From Glaucostegus cemiculus (taxonomy: Eukaryota), in contig CDPCPM010000060.1 in NCBI GenBank assembly GCA_976551045.1, forward strand, positions 15,438,001 through 15,502,000: a DNA stretch of 64,000 bases, in the 5' to 3' direction. Position 1 is the first letter of the stretch; every line of letters starts with the position of its first letter. The notes beneath the pieces were generated by a model. That model was not told the DNA's origin. It was given only the letters and a program-made list of their open reading frames with translations, and did no database searches. This document shows, in pieces, positions 38,781-53,330 of this stretch. The translations under genes were made by a program, and so were the position numbers.

Positions 38781-41214
38781 GCACTAACATTAGGATTTCC
38801 CCCCGTAATCCTGGTTTCCATTATAGTGGTGGGGTAAGCTGGAGTGCCTGTGCAGCTTTCACAGCCTTCCATTTGCAAATGTTTAAAATTTATGATTTTT
38901 TTTCACGTATATAAAAATGATTCCTATTGCATGATTCTGATATAATAAAACTGACATCAGTAAACAGGTCCTCACTGGCTGTCAATTCCATTTTGAGTGC
39001 AGCAAGCTGACTGTGATGAAATAACCCCTATACTCAACTCTGTCATACCAATATGTTGCAAGACTCTCCACAGAAGACTGAACTTGGCAGCACATTGGAC
39101 TTAATAGCATAGGAAAAGGCAGGGCAATGGAAAACTTGCTGCATTATGCTTCTCTCTCGCTACAGATTCTGTCTGACCTACTGAGTTTTTCTGGCATTTT
39201 GCACTTTTCTTTCAAAATAAACATATTTCCAGTTAAGAAACGCTCAACTACCTGACTGCAAATTAAACTACTTAAGGCAGATTCCATATCTAGTCTTCAA
39301 GTAATGGACAGATTCCATTGCCTACACCCAGGCAGGATCTTTTATTTTCCTTTTAACATGAGTATCAGAAAGTCTTATTGTTCAGTTTGTGAGGGGTAAC
39401 TTTAATAATAATTCACTTATTTCCATGTTAAGTTAAAATGCGAATAACCCACACACTATACATTCATCAAAAGGTGTTGATTTGCAGCAGAAATAAATTA
39501 GACATCTTACAATACCTCTCAACCATATTTCCCAGCTGGTAGAATCTAATATACTCCTGTACATAGCCAAATTATTCTATCCTGTTAAATTTAACAAGTT
39601 CTTTTTACCTTTTCCAATCTTGAAATATGCCTTAACAAAGCTTGCCATTGTATACTATTCTTTGTTTATTCCCTCCGTTTTAAACATTGTAATTTAACAA
39701 CCTCCAACACACATCAGTCACCTCGCAAATTGGTAAGCACAAGAGGTTTACAATCTGGCTTAGAAAAATAAACTGACATTTTTATTTAAATTGGAAAATC
39801 ACATCACTCATGAATAAAATGCATACATTAATTTCATTTATCACAACTATTTCAATCTGTGCAGGAACTTCATTGACTAATTGCTTAATAAAACTTATGT
39901 TCCTCACGTATAATGCTAAATTGGTAATTTCTACCTTTTTAAAAAAAAATGTAGGTTGCATGATGGAAATTTTGGGTATTTTGTTTTGGTTATCAACTTT
40001 AATCACTCAATTCTACTACTCCAAATCAGATATCTGGTTTCTTCAAATAATTTTAATCTTCTAGTTACATAATGGCAATTTAAACATTAGGTTGGATCAT
40101 GTTGGATTGAATTGATGGTTGAGGATTATCACCCATGATCCCTGTGTGCCTGAAGTTACTTTGGTTAGATGTAGATGGTTGATGACATGTTAATGGTGGC
40201 TAGCCCACAGATGGTGCATTGCAGGTGCCCTGCCCCGGAACACTTCCCACAGGCTTTGATGGCAAAGCTGGAAGAAGATTTTGCCTCCTGTCCAAACTGT
40301 CAGGAATGTCAATGACATACAGTGATATTTAAAAAAAGCACTGCATTAAAAAAAATTAGGTAGAAATTACCAATTTAGCATTATACATGAGGAAGGTAAG
40401 TTTTATTAACCAATTAGTCAATGATCTTCATAAGTTGGTTAAAAACTCAGATATAAAACATAAAAACAAAAGTAGCCTGAACCTCCGATCCTATGCCAGA
40501 TCTTTTAAAGGAACCGAGAGAAAATCCCTCTCAGAATTTTGAATTTTGCCAATAGACTACGTATGTTATATAGTGATAGAGAATAGATGCAGGTGTGGTG
40601 ACATTTGAAACTCAGTCTTGAATGTGTTCAACAGCTTTTGACTAAATGTTTGAATCTGACTGATATTTAAGCAGTTCAGAATTTCCAACTCCAGCCAACA
40701 AAATTTTGTTATACTAAGCAATTAATTCAAATGCACTTATTATCTAAATATTGAAGTGTTTGAAAGAACCATTTAGAAGAGCAAACTAACAAGTGGTATT
40801 ACTATATGTTAAAAAAAATCAAGGCAGGAGAGTTATGATACAGATCAGTGAACATCTAATTGAATGGTTGAATGATCTCATGGACCTGAATAGATTACTC
40901 CTAATAAGTCAACCACACCTGCTCTTCTTCATTACTCGAATAATGCACTTTTCTGATTAGAATACCAAAGCCAATTTCTGTTCAGTCTCCAACCTTTTGC
41001 TTATGAAAGCCAGATAGTGCAGGGCTTTATAGGAATATCATTTAACTCTTGGATGATAAACTGAATCCAGCCAAGACTATGAAGCAGCAGCACTTTTCTG
41101 CTAGTTTCTCTTCAGAAATTTCTATGAATTTGAACAATTGGACATAGTTAATGAAACACTTAAAAAAACAAGTTCCATGTTACAACTTAGGCTAAGAAAC
41201 ATGACTTAAAAATA

Positions 41215-41310
41215 AATACTTGCATTTGTATAGTTTTTTCACATTTGTTTCAGGACATCTCAAAGTGCCTTACAGTCACTTAATTAATAAGTGTACTCAC
41301 TGTTGCAGAA
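41215..41310 (-). mobile_element. SacSINE1/L2-type tail fragment (antisense)
   Basis: acttgcatttgtatag...caggacatctcaaagtgccttacagtca...tcactgttg is the reverse complement of the DeuSINE-type tail. Confidence 0.5.
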
Positions 41311-42267
41311 TTAGAGTAGAAAGACAACATCAAGCCCCATAATACTGACCAAGTACATTGAAAATGAAATGAAGGCCATCATTACTCTGTCACATTGACA
41401 AACTTCAGGCATTCATACATACACAACTGAATGCAGAATTAGGGTATTTACTGTGGATAATAACTTGTTACTTCAGGGTATGTTGTTGAGTCAGTGAAAA
41501 TTGCAATCAGCAACTTGACTTGTTGCAATAACCATTGAAAATGGTGAGCCAATTGAATGACACATACTGTAGCTGAGTTTAAACTAAGCTACAACTGCTG
41601 TTGACAAAACCTGTCTAGTCCTGAAAAACTAATTTTGTGTGTTAAGAATACTTCTTTGAGAATAATGATTTCAACATTTTATCTTTGTAATTATATTCCC
41701 TTAAGTTTACGCAATTTCAGATTTCATCTTTAATTATGTGTATTGACAGTCTTTATTTGGTTCTATTCAAAATGTATAAAAGATAAAATTTATGACTTTT
41801 TACTTATAATTTGACATCTGTCAGAATTCTCCAATCAGATTTTCTGCTTATTCAACCTAATATCATCTTTCTTTCTGGACATGACAACAGCTACAGAAGG
41901 TACCAAACATCAACACGTCTGCAAAAGAGAGATCCATGCCACAAGGCCTGCTGGGTCTTAGTTGGCAGGGCTATTTGAGAGATACAGTGGGACCTGTCCT
42001 TTCATTGATGACTGTAAACTGTATTTATAGGACAGCACCTCCCCTTCAAATCAGTGTTAAAAGTTTGCAAGAATTATGCATTTTTGAATACTGAGCAGAC
42101 TTTAAACAGTGAATTGCTCCTGTTTTCAAAATATTGCACTATTCATACCAATAGGGATCTTGACCATTGAAATTATTTAAAATTCATAAAACAAAATAAC
42201 TATGAAATGAAGTAATCAATCCATGTAATATTCAAATTAACACTTGGTCTGTTCATTTCCCTTTCAG

Positions 42268-42591
42268 ATTCAAAATCCATCTTGGATTGGTAACAATGGT
42301 GCCTCCTCTCCAGTGCCAGCCTGTGTTGTGCCCTGTGAAACAGTTACATCTTGCATGTCCCCACACGCACACGCACATGCTCCAGCTGGGGTGTCTGACT
42401 TCCTGGGTGTTTCTGCCCCTAGCAGCCATGTGGGACAGGCACATATGGGTGGTCTCTTTGGCACTGCTGGGCTTGGGGCTGCGATCAACACATTTGACAT
42501 CAGTAACGAACCAGATCGAAAATCATCTAGCATTGCAGCCTTAAGAATGAAAGCCAAGGAGCACAGTGCAGCAATATCTTGGGCTACATGA
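42268..42591 (+). CDS. ALX4: ALX4 coding exon 4 (OAR domain, stop)
   Basis: Acceptor tttccctttcag|ATT. Peptide [23 protein letters not shown]...[27 protein letters not shown]. Confidence 0.97.
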   Translation: MQNPSWIGNNGASSPVPACVVPCETVTSCMSPHAHAHAPAGVSDFLGVSAPSSHVGQAHMGGLFGTAGLGAAINTFDISNEPDRKSSSIAALRMKAKEHSAAISWAT

Positions 42592-43868
42592 TTGACTTAA
42601 TGTTACATATTCAAACACTGAAAATAATACATTATTACATTATGCTGGACTAAAGACATAACAGAACATGGAGATTTATATGCAGCACTTTTCCTATTAT
42701 AGGTTGGTAGGATTAGAATGGAGGTTTACTTCTATTTAGAAATATTTATATTATACCTTTTTGTTGTAAAAGAGCTACCCTGTAAACTATTCAAAAACAG
42801 TTTCATTTGAATGTGATATCCTATTTAGTTTTAAGTAGCTAAAGCTTGTAAATAAAATCTATAATAGAAACATTTATTCTGCAATTAGAATTCAACAAAT
42901 TTCAAAGGAAACAGCTCTTTGAAGGAAGTGTACCTAAGCACATACATGATGAGTATGAAACTTGAGGCACATGGAAATGGACTATTTTATGGAAGAGACA
43001 TAAGCCAATTAAAATGATCCTCCTGCTGAATAGCTTAAGCATTATTCTGATAGGACCTTAATGAGAAAAGGTAAACCCATCCAGACTGAAGAACCAATGA
43101 GATACAAAGTGAGAAGTACTTTTTATTCTACGTTGAATGAATTTGAACTAGTCTATTAGATTCTGAAAATCTTTACAACTTGTAAATTTTGCTAAGTATA
43201 TCACATTATTCTGATTGAACTTCTTAAAAAAAAGGCACATTTACAAACTGTAAAGGATTTCCTCTTTGCCACATTGGTTTAAGTCCTGTTTATGATAGGG
43301 TCCTCATTAACACACTATACTGGCTGTGATTCCTTCAGATACAAGTTTGTTTAACTTTGATGGTAAATTTTGCTAAAGCAAACTGGATATCACATTCAAA
43401 TCATTTGTTAAGTTGTTAATTCTGCAAAAAAAACATTTACTTGATTTTAAACATTAAAAAAACCTATGTGACTAGTCCTAGGCACTGACCTATAGTAGAA
43501 ACAGTTGTTTAAGATCTTGCAAAGTTTACACAATTTAAAAACAAAAGACAAGAAAACGTCTTACAAATAAACAAAAAAAATGTTTTGTGTACTGTGCTAA
43601 TATACCAAAAGTGAAATGTTATAGTTTTAAATGTAATTATCTTTTGCAACAATCACGCCCATTGCTATTACTTATACTACTGAAGCAGAAGGTTGAAGTT
43701 CAGAGTAATATATCTGTTTGGGTGTGTTGTGTACTTTTGCTGAAATGAAGTCTTGAGACTATTACTGTTATAATTTGTTGTAAAATATTTTAACCTTGTA
43801 AACTCCTTTAGCTTTAATTGCCTTGTTTTAAATATAATAGTAGAAAAGGGTGCAATTAGAATACATTC

Positions 43869-43874
43869 AATAAA
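43869..43874 (+). terminator. Candidate ALX4 polyadenylation signal (AATAAA)
   Basis: AATAAA followed by GT-rich gtgttactg...gtagtgttt, about 1.3 kb after the stop. Other AATAAA sites lie at 42851, 43566 and 44069. Confidence 0.4.
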
Positions 43875-44529
43875 AAAGTGTTACTGCATCCAAAGTAGTG
43901 TTTATCATTACTGTGAGAATTTAGCAAACTCATAATTTGCCTGTGTTATATTGTTTTATGAATAAGTTATTGCACTTGGTACCATGTTTTGCATATGTAA
44001 TTTCTTAGGAAACTGTAAGAGTGGGTCAGGATGGTGTGTGTTGTTGTGACAGGTATAATCAATAACCCAATAAAAAAAATGTCATTTTCCTACTGAAAAG
44101 AAAAGTATTTTCTTTGCAAGGAATGGTGATGAAATGTGCTAATCATAGTTGAGATCTCACATTAATTGGAGAGGACAAAAATACCAACACTGCCCTTCTG
44201 ATCTGCTGACAGAGTACAGAAAGGATTACAGAACTTGTGTTAACAACAGGTGTCAGAAGATGTACACTAGCAACCCTGAATGCAGTCAACTTACAAAAAC
44301 AGGCCATCTCCAAAGAAAGTTAAACATAGGAACTATCACCTATTAATATTTCTTCTACATTTAAAAAAACTTTTTTAACAAATATGAAAGAATTGACATC
44401 TTCAGCAATTAAATGATCCAGTAGTGACTCAAATTGTGAACAATGTGACTTTACGCAAGAGTTAAAATGCAATTAAGTGTCCATTATTTATCTCTTTAAA
44501 CAAACTGATATCAGATAATTTCCTTTTAA

Positions 44530-44968
44530 TGTGCCTGCTGTAGCACTAACACCGAGTTACAACTTGATTGGCACCCATTCATCACCTTCCAGAATCAGCC
44601 ACAGCCCACTAGCACACCACTGCTGCAATGCATACCATCTCCAAAAAGCAATCCAGCAACTGAGCAAGGCTTCTCTGTCAGCATCTAGCAAACTCTCAAC
44701 TTTCACCATACACAAGGACAAGATTAGCAGTGGTATGGGAGGACTACCAACGCCTCCAAGCATCTCAAAGATACACATTATCTCAACAATTAATTACATT
44801 GCTGTTTCATCATTGCCATTTGGTAAGAATTCTGGATCTCCCAACTTCATTGCATTACAGGACCACTTTCACCACATGTTCTAGCACTTTGTAGTGGCAG
44901 CCCTCCACTGGAATAATTAGAGATGGGTAATTAAATGCTGGATTTACCAGTGATGCCCACATCCCACC
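44530..44968 (+). mobile_element. Decayed LINE 3' end (L2/Crack/CR1 group)
   Basis: ttgattggcaccc...caaggcttctctgtcagcatct...aggacaag...gatgggtaattaaatgctggatttaccagtgatgcccacatccc, a common elasmobranch LINE terminus. Confidence 0.6.
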
Positions 44969-47900
44969 AATGGATAAGAGAAAACAGATTAGATTTGATT
45001 TATAGCCTTGTAATTATATTAAATGTATCTATTAGCCGGTGTGCTTATCACAGGACTAACAATGATAGAGTGCAATAGCAAATTAATTTATTTAAATGAC
45101 TTACAGCTGTTCACCCAAAGAACGACATCAGACAGTTCTGCTTGCTTATGAGACAGACACCAGTAATTTATATTTTACAGACAAGCATGAGTCACAAGTA
45201 ACAAAGTCCAATAAAATTACAATCTCATTTGACAAAAATAAGCATTAAAATACAAACACAAACAATAAGGGACATATTGGAAATAAATTGTCATTTATGA
45301 TTATGCCAACTGTAGAAAAAAACAATGATATCAATGAATGATCTATAGGTTATTTGGAGATCTGATGTATAATTTTAGGACTTCATGAGGTTCACATATT
45401 TAATACATGCATTCAATTTCAAAGGAAAATACACTTAATATAGAATCTCGTGTGTGTAAATAGCTAACAAATCTCGATTGTAGTCTTTTGATTCTTATTA
45501 TTGAACAAGAAATGCCTGTGACAAAGTATTTTTTTGCTTTTATGACACATCTCACTTGCAACAGGAGAACATACTATAGCCCCCCTAAGTTTGCCATTCC
45601 TGGCAAGTGGCAGGTCCAGTTGTACATTCCACATTGGTAACCTCATCAGTATTTCCATTTGAACATGGGATTAAATCAATTCTTCATAAATTAGATCAGA
45701 TGAGAAGAGCTAATGGACCAATTTTAGTTTACTTCTAACAAAAGCCTACAGTTTTTTTCCTCCACCACCCTACCAAAACATAGTATCCCATGTTTTTTAA
45801 ATAGAGAGAAACATTATCAGTGGTACATTTACCTTTTATTCGATTGAGTCAAAGCCTATAATTGTGGAGATGTGGTACCACTTCTTATACTATTAAGTTC
45901 AGAAACTTTTTTTTCAGTTAACAGTTCTGGTACTAAATGGAGGATGTTGTACATTTTTAACCTTTGTGGCATTTAAAAAAAAACTTAAGGCCAGAGTTTA
46001 CATCGTCAATGCAATTTGCAGCAGAGTTTTAGTCATCTCTTTTTAATAGGATAGCTAATTCCATACTAGTTCAAAATTTGGGATTTTTTCCATTAATACA
46101 TAATCTTCTAACACTTAAAACTCTTTTTCCTCCCTAACCCTAAGATGCCGACTCTTGCTTGACTACAGTTGTGCCAACAGGCTTTCAAAACAAGGGGCAA
46201 CTATCAGCTCTTCATGCTTAATTATGGACAAGAGCCAGGAAGCTATTGAAACAGGGTATGCTTCACTGCATGTTCCACAAGTATTCTTTCCAGCAGAAAT
46301 CAATAGGAATGCGCTCCCTGCCTTGTCTGGATCAAATATGATACCCAATCTGATATGGGCTAAAAATCAGCCAATATCGCACAAAATAAAACTGCAACCA
46401 TTTGTGGTATATTAGTTGGTAACCTACTGGCTCAATGGAGAGTATAGCAATATGTCTCTACTAACTTTCCACAGGAGTTGAATGTTTAAACCTGGAGCTG
46501 GGGTTCTACAAATATAGTTTCTTCATCTTTGCGAGATCAACCATGTCTGATAAATAAAGGTGTTACAAGGAAGTGAACTACAGTATTGAATCCAGTATGT
46601 TATGAAAGATTTCACTGAAAAACTGCTATAGTTATTCAATAGGCTTCACAGAAAGAAATAACGATGGTCAAATATATAACATGATTTTAGTGAAACATAC
46701 AGCAAACAAAAATCCTTAAAAACAGATTCTATAAATTTACATTTAGTAAGGTAAAGAGGCTATTTTCACTAACATTCTGGGATTAATTCCTGCAAGTGGA
46801 ATTAGTTTTGTAATCACAAAACCTGTAAACAATGTCAGCAACTTTGTAAATATTTGCAACTCCTAGCCAACATTTCACCTTCATCTAGTGCCACCTAAAA
46901 CACACGGGAGGTTAAGTAGTGCAAAATGGCAGTTGTGTTTGACAATACGTCACTGTAGTTCAAAAATAATTCCTGTATTTTGAGTACATTGGTGTGTCTA
47001 TGGAAGGAGACTCATAAATATAAATTTTTTTTTCTACCACAAAGGATGTAACTGCTTAAGGTTTACCAAAATGTTTTAAAATTCACTGGTAAATTTTAGC
47101 AGATACCACAAATTCCTCTTGAATTGTTGTCAGATAATATATTCCTTATAAACTCATTATGTAGGCACCTTAATGCTAATCACCGATAGTGGGATAGCAT
47201 CACGCACTAACTAAAGTTACCTGATCTAGGAATAACATTCACACAGCTAGTATGCAAAATATCAGTTGGACTCTTATATTTTGACCCTTGTAATGCACAT
47301 TACTGATGGTATTGCTCTGACATTGCTTTCAATTCATTAATCATCATCAAAGTATTGTGATTACCCTATCTTTTGAAAGGAGCACATTATGCCTTAACAG
47401 TACATGATAACCAAGGAAAAAAATAAAACTCATGCCTTAATAGCTGGATCACAGCTTAGAAACTACTGCAAAAAGGATCACTGGGATTAAATAATTAATA
47501 GCTGGATTTTGTAGTGTTAAAATGGAATAAGGCAGCTGTTGGAAAATATTTCAGTATAAATGGCTCCATAAATCATGAACATTCTTGGTTTCTATCAATA
47601 TCTAAAACTAGCATCAATTAAAAAAAAAATATAAGCAGACTGTTCAACAGGCAACACTTTGGAAGGAAACAGGAATTTTAACAAATGTGCAAAAAGCTAC
47701 ACCAGTTTAAAGCAGCGAGGTGCCTGTATTATCTCAGGAAGATATGATTACACAAGATGAATCAATGGAATTCTTGAATTTGCTAATCCCTTACTTGATG
47801 AAGGATATACAATGCAATAGAAATCATGAGCTCTTATATGACATTTTTGTGTGTGCTGCTGGATTCACTCTGCAATGATCTCATGCAACTGCCTGATGGC

Positions 47901-48284
47901 CAACTTCAAGACCACCCAACTTCCTAACATCAGTAGCCAAAGAGATGCGCTTAACATGGATTCCTAGAACTCCTGTGAGTTCCTAACTCTTTTTCATCTG
48001 GCTAGGAACTATCAGGCATAACCCTTACCTAGAGAATCACAAGATTTTAGTTCAGATCTTGTTAACTATCAGTGCACCTTTTGCTGTATAAACATTGTTC
48101 AAAACTTGCTTTTAATTTTTCCAGTGATGTTTGCCCTCACCTCAAGGCAATGATTCATGTCAGAATTTGACTGCAGAAGTGGCAGCAGACATTCATCAAC
48201 ACATGGAACCACTAGAATGACATCCAAATTGTTTTAGTGGGATGAAATGCAAAAAAAGGAAGCATAATTTTTTTAAAAAAGTTT

Positions 48285-48522
48285 TACTTACAGCGTGGTA
48301 AAAGGCCCATTCGGCCCAATGAGTCCGCGCCGCCCATTTTAAACCCCCAAATTAACCTACCTGTACATCTTTCAGAATGTGGGAGGAAACTGGAGCACCT
48401 GGAGAAAACCCACGCAGACACGGGAGAACGTACAAACTCCATACAGTCAGCGACGGGAATCGAACCCTGATCGCTGGCGCTGTAACAGCGTTGCGCTAAC
48501 CGCTATGCTATCGTGCCGCCCC
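48285..48522 (-). mobile_element. HE1/V-SINE, full-length and young
   Basis: Reverse complement starts ggggcggcacgatagcatagcggttagcgcaacg...ggttcgattcccg, has V-domain gcgtgggttttctccaggtgctccagtttcctcccaca and CR1-type tail gggccgaatgggccttttaccacgctgta. CpGs are retained. Confidence 0.85.
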
Positions 48523-48664
48523 AAATCATATCCTTCAGTCAAAGTCTAAAAGCCTGGATATTCCAACAAGGTTTTCTGGATGCTGATTTAGAGAAGAACC
48601 CAATACTTAAGCATCACTCTTAAGACCATGTTCTCTTTCCCTCTGTTAACCCATTACACCCCAG

Positions 48665-48758
48665 TAAACTGCTAATATTGGGGAAACTCTTCACCTTCTC
48701 TGGGAAGTCATCATTGTACACAACAGGTTCTGCTCAGTACATCACCACCTCCAATGCC
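48665..48758 (-). pseudogene. Decayed partial duplicate of the EXT2 terminal exon
   Basis: Ungapped match to 49458-49551 (offset 793, about 77/94 identical). Reads [30 protein letters not shown] against [31 protein letters not shown]. Confidence 0.85.
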
Positions 48759-49454
48759 TGCTATCTTGCTCCCTGCCAATCTGGTCAAGATCAGCTCCTT
48801 CTAGCATTGTAGTTTGTAGATTAAATACTACAGATTAAATATGGACTCCAAGATAAGGGACTATTCTAGATTCAATGTTAAATATGACCAACTGAAAGTG
48901 ATGTCATATTTCTAATTGGGCAAGTTCATTTGAAGTATTACTTTGAGCTATACAATGGGAATAACTATTCAAGGACAAGCATTGATACAATGGCACAGCA
49001 AGGATCTAGTGTTATGCCCACAATGATGTTAAAAGTGGAATTTATCAATAAGCTAGTTTGAGAACATAAGTCAACAAATCTTTTAATGCCTGAACCAGCA
49101 ATATTATGTCATGATAATGAAAAAGCAATAGCATAATCAAAACGTATTGCAAGGAAACGAGTTTTTGTTCTTTGCTAGTCATCAAAATATAAAATACATA
49201 CTTAATTTAAAAACAGAGACGTTTTCTGCCATGTAAAACTATTGTAAATTCATTAATACCCATCATTTTAAAAATACATCAAATTGTTGACCTGCAGTTG
49301 CATATCATTAGTTTGTAAACGCTAATACAGCAGAAGATAACTTTGAATTTCTGATCAACTAGTTTCAAAACATACAGCAGTCAGACCTTATTGAAACATC
49401 TTGTAGTGTAGCAAAGGTGCAGTTAACGTAGCCAAGATTTTGATGATCAGCATT

Positions 49455-49637
<183 letters not shown>

Positions 49638-50321
49638 CTAATAAAACACCGTCAGAAGAACATCTGCACAACCAGAGGTCATTACAAAGCTGATAATGTA
49701 ACTAATAAAATTGGGAAATCATCCCTTAAGCTCTTTACGCAGATGCTTTTAAAAGCTAAGAAGAAAAGTGGAGCAATACTAATGTTTAGAAGAGGCTTTG
49801 ATAAAGCAAATGCTCTCAAACTTTCAAATGAATTAACGCATTTGAGTTCCTTAATTATTTTATAGAAGTTATATCCTATTCTCCAAGAGGGCTTATAGCA
49901 AAGATAGACAGTGAAATTTATAGATAATTGTTATGCCTGTCTCAGCCAGACATAGATTGGAAGGGACCAAACACACAAAACAAGTCTCAAGATAAAAGTG
50001 GGTTCTCCCTCTAATGTGATTCTGACAATTCTATTTTAGTAAAAATATACAACAAATCTTTTTACGATAAACCTACTCAACTAAACCATGAACATGATTT
50101 TGAAACTTAGGACCCCATTACATTCAAACAGGAACACACTTAAGCAATTCCTAAATAAATGATTTAAGTAAACTTGGGCAGAATTTTCACCGCTGCAGAA
50201 GGCAGTGACTAACATTTTCCGAGAGGGCTGTAAATCTGGAACCAGTCATGCATGTTTTTCTTGGGCACTTCTGAAATGGCAGTCTCAAGCTGTTAAATAC
50301 ATGCAAGAAATGGAGCACTTA

Positions 50322-50432
<111 letters not shown>

Positions 50433-50999
50433 TTAATGGCATGTTTAATCCAGCTAGATGTTCAAGCACGCCTGCAGTGTAATGTGAGAGCACCATCCTT
50501 TCAGAACAGTTTGCTCGAGTTCCATCTGGCTCACTATGGCATATTTCAATTCACAAGAGATCAATAAAATTACTAGAATGCTTTCACATTCATTGAAAGT
50601 GTGTGACGACAACCCATTTAAAATCCACTTAATGATTGTTTTCACACTTCCAGGTGCCTTATACAAGCATTGGTTCTCCGTACAATCATAAGGTGATGAA
50701 ATGTTGCTTCCCCTTCTTTGATATCGCCTTATTAACCTATGCCTGTTTTCTCATTAAGTTGACTGACAGATTCTACGAATACTTAAAGATTCTAAAGGTG
50801 ACAAAGTTTATAGCACCCATGTGGCTTTTACCATCTCTTTTAATTCACAAAGCCCTTTATATCAACTTCCAATGCAAGTGCCCTTTCAAGGCTGTTATTA
50901 ACAAACAATATTAAAGACTATAAAAATTGAAGTTTGAAAGCTTATAATGATAGGAAACATAAAACAAAGGCAATTGGCAAGAGAACCAAAAGTGACATG

Positions 51000-51230
51000 G
51001 AATTGTTTTCTTTCCAGAGCAAGTGGAATGCACTGTGAGGGGAAGTAGTGGAGGCAGATTCAACTGTAACATTCCAAAGGGATCTGGATAACTACCCAAA
51101 AGGAAACAAAATTGCAGAGCTATGAGGAGAAGGTGCGGAAGTGAAATGGGCTGGATTGTTCTTCTATAGAGCGGGTATGAATTAAATGGGCCAAATAGCC
51201 TTCTTCAGTGCTGAATCCATTCTGTGATTT
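51000..51230 (+). mobile_element. CR1 LINE 3' end fragment
   Basis: gtggaatgcactg...gtagtggaggcagattcaactgtaacattccaaagggatctggata...aatgggccaaatagccttcttcagtgctg. Confidence 0.65.
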
Positions 51231-51348
51231 AAATTACATTCTCAGCTTCTTGATTTGAATACTTCCATTTTAAATTTTAGATCTAGCACAATTTTAACTA
51301 AGAGGCAAGCCTAATACCTTTTGGTGATTTCACATTTCTGGCAATTCA

Positions 51349-51486
<138 letters not shown>

Positions 51487-52379
51487 CTAAGACAAAAAAG
51501 ATTAGAGACATCCATTAGAGACTATTAATTTAAACTGTCTAATTCATTAATAGTTAGTCTGGTGTTCATTATTCCTATTTTTAAATTCTCAGTCTTCTTT
51601 TCAATTTTAATACGACCTCATCCTGTCTAGAACCTCTAGTCCTATTTCCCTCCTAATTCTCTGATTTTAGCCTTGAGTTTCACTTCACCAAAGTCCTAAG
51701 CCCTAGACTTGCCTCCTTAAACCTATGATTCTCCACACACACCTTCTCTAAGATATTCCCTAAAACCTCTCCTTGATCAATCCTTTTGCATCTATTCCAA
51801 GAATCCAATGTAGTTCAACACAAAATTTTGTTTGATAGTGCCTCCTATGAACTACACTGGATTATTTTATTACATTAAATGTACTATATAAATGCATGGT
51901 GTTGTACAATTGAAAAGTGAGTTACGAACATCTGAAATTCTGAGATATAGTTCTAATCATTTGAAGTGGCCAAGAATTTATTCCCTCAAGCTTTTTAAAA
52001 TTCTGCATGTATGATTGTGCTATTTGAGTTAAGTCTGCACGTGTGTGCTATTTGATTTAAATTAGTCTAATTTAAAATGACCCTAATAACTGTACCCTTC
52101 CATCTAGCAACTTAAAACTAATTGTGCTTAAAGGCAAAATAAATTTAAGAAAAAGAAATCTAATTGCTGAAAGAAAAGTACAAAAATAGAGAAAGATACT
52201 CATGGCTAAATGGTAATAAAGGGTCAAAGAAAAAGACTATAAACAATGAAAATATCCAGTTTTTTAATTAATTTCCACCAGTAACCTTAAGCAAAATATG
52301 TATGCATTACAGAGGCCAACTGAAATATAGGTTCTTAAATTATATGGACTTTTGCATGGATAAGAATTTTAAAATTGAG

Positions 52380-53330
52380 TAAAAACAGAGGCTTGGAGGA
52401 GTGTGTACACAGATCTTAAAATGTGGCAGGTCCAATGAAAAAGCCATGAGAGAGAAGTTATGAGATACTTCATTTTATTAATAGCAAATAAAAGCAAGGA
52501 AGGCATGCTAAATCTTTATAAAACCTGTTTAGGCTCAGTTGGAATAAGATGTTCAATTCTGGTCTTGTACCTTAGAAAAGATGTTGACAACTTTACCAAG
52601 TGAAGAAAAAAATTATTGGAAATACATTAGGGTTGAAAACTTCCATTATCTGATGAATATTCAGAAACTGGGGTTGCTTCCCTCACAGCAATAAAAGGCT
52701 AAAAGGGATTTGATCAAGGTATCTAAAATCATGAAGGCTAAATAAAGACAACCTCTTTCCTGGTAGCAATAGTGTCAGTAACAAGCAGCAAAATGAGGGA
52801 GCATTTTCCTCTATGCAGACTTGTTGGGACGGCACGGTAGCATATGGACGGCACAGTAGCATAGTGGTTAGCACAGTGCTTTACAGTGCCAGCAACCCGG
52901 GTTGAAATCTGGCCATTGTCTGTAAGGAGTGTGTACTTTCTCTCCGTGTCTGAGTGGGTTTCCTCTGGGTGCTCCAGTTTCCTCCCACATTCCAGAGATG
53001 TACAGATTAGGAAGTTATGGGCATGCTATGTCGGCGCCGGAAGCATGGTGACACTTGCGGGCTGCCCCCAACACATTATCAGGAATGCAAAAAATGATGC
53101 ATTTCGCTGTGTGTTTCGATGTATATGTGACTAATAAAGATCTTATCTTATTGTGACATAGAATAAAGTGCTTGATTGGGTAGCAGATTGAAAAATAATA
53201 TTCAAAAGGGAATTGCATTAACCCTTATAGGGAAGAGATTTACAGGGGTCTGAAGGTAGAGAGTGAGATGATTAGATATGTCCTACCAAATAATCAGCAT
53301 AAGCATAATGGGCCAAGCAGCCCCTAGTTA
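52380..53330 (+). mobile_element. Old CR1 LINE 3' fragment interrupted by a SINE
   Basis: aaaagcaaggaaggcatgctaaatctttataaaac...gttcaattctggtc...ggggttgcttccctcacagca. It resumes after 53150 with ttcaaaagggaattg...aatgggccaag. Confidence 0.6.
52827..53150 (+). mobile_element. V-SINE with a duplicated 19-nt 5' end and a non-CR1 tail
   Basis: ggacggcacggtagcatat/ggacggcacagtagcatag tandem, V-domain gtgggtttcctctgggtgctccagtttcctcccacattcc, tail gcatttcgctgtgtgtttcgatgtatatgtgactaataaaga(tctta)n. Confidence 0.8.

Noticed and set aside
42270-42557. Antisense and alternate-frame ORFs overlapping ALX4 exons (also 9414..9692, 26883..27167)
   Set aside because: Shadows of real coding exons.
48440-48522. 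tRNA-like sequences at SINE heads (also 13770-13841 and 52846-52920)
   Set aside because: No proper cloverleaf or acceptor stem, and they continue into the V-SINE core, so they are SINE promoters rather than tRNA genes.
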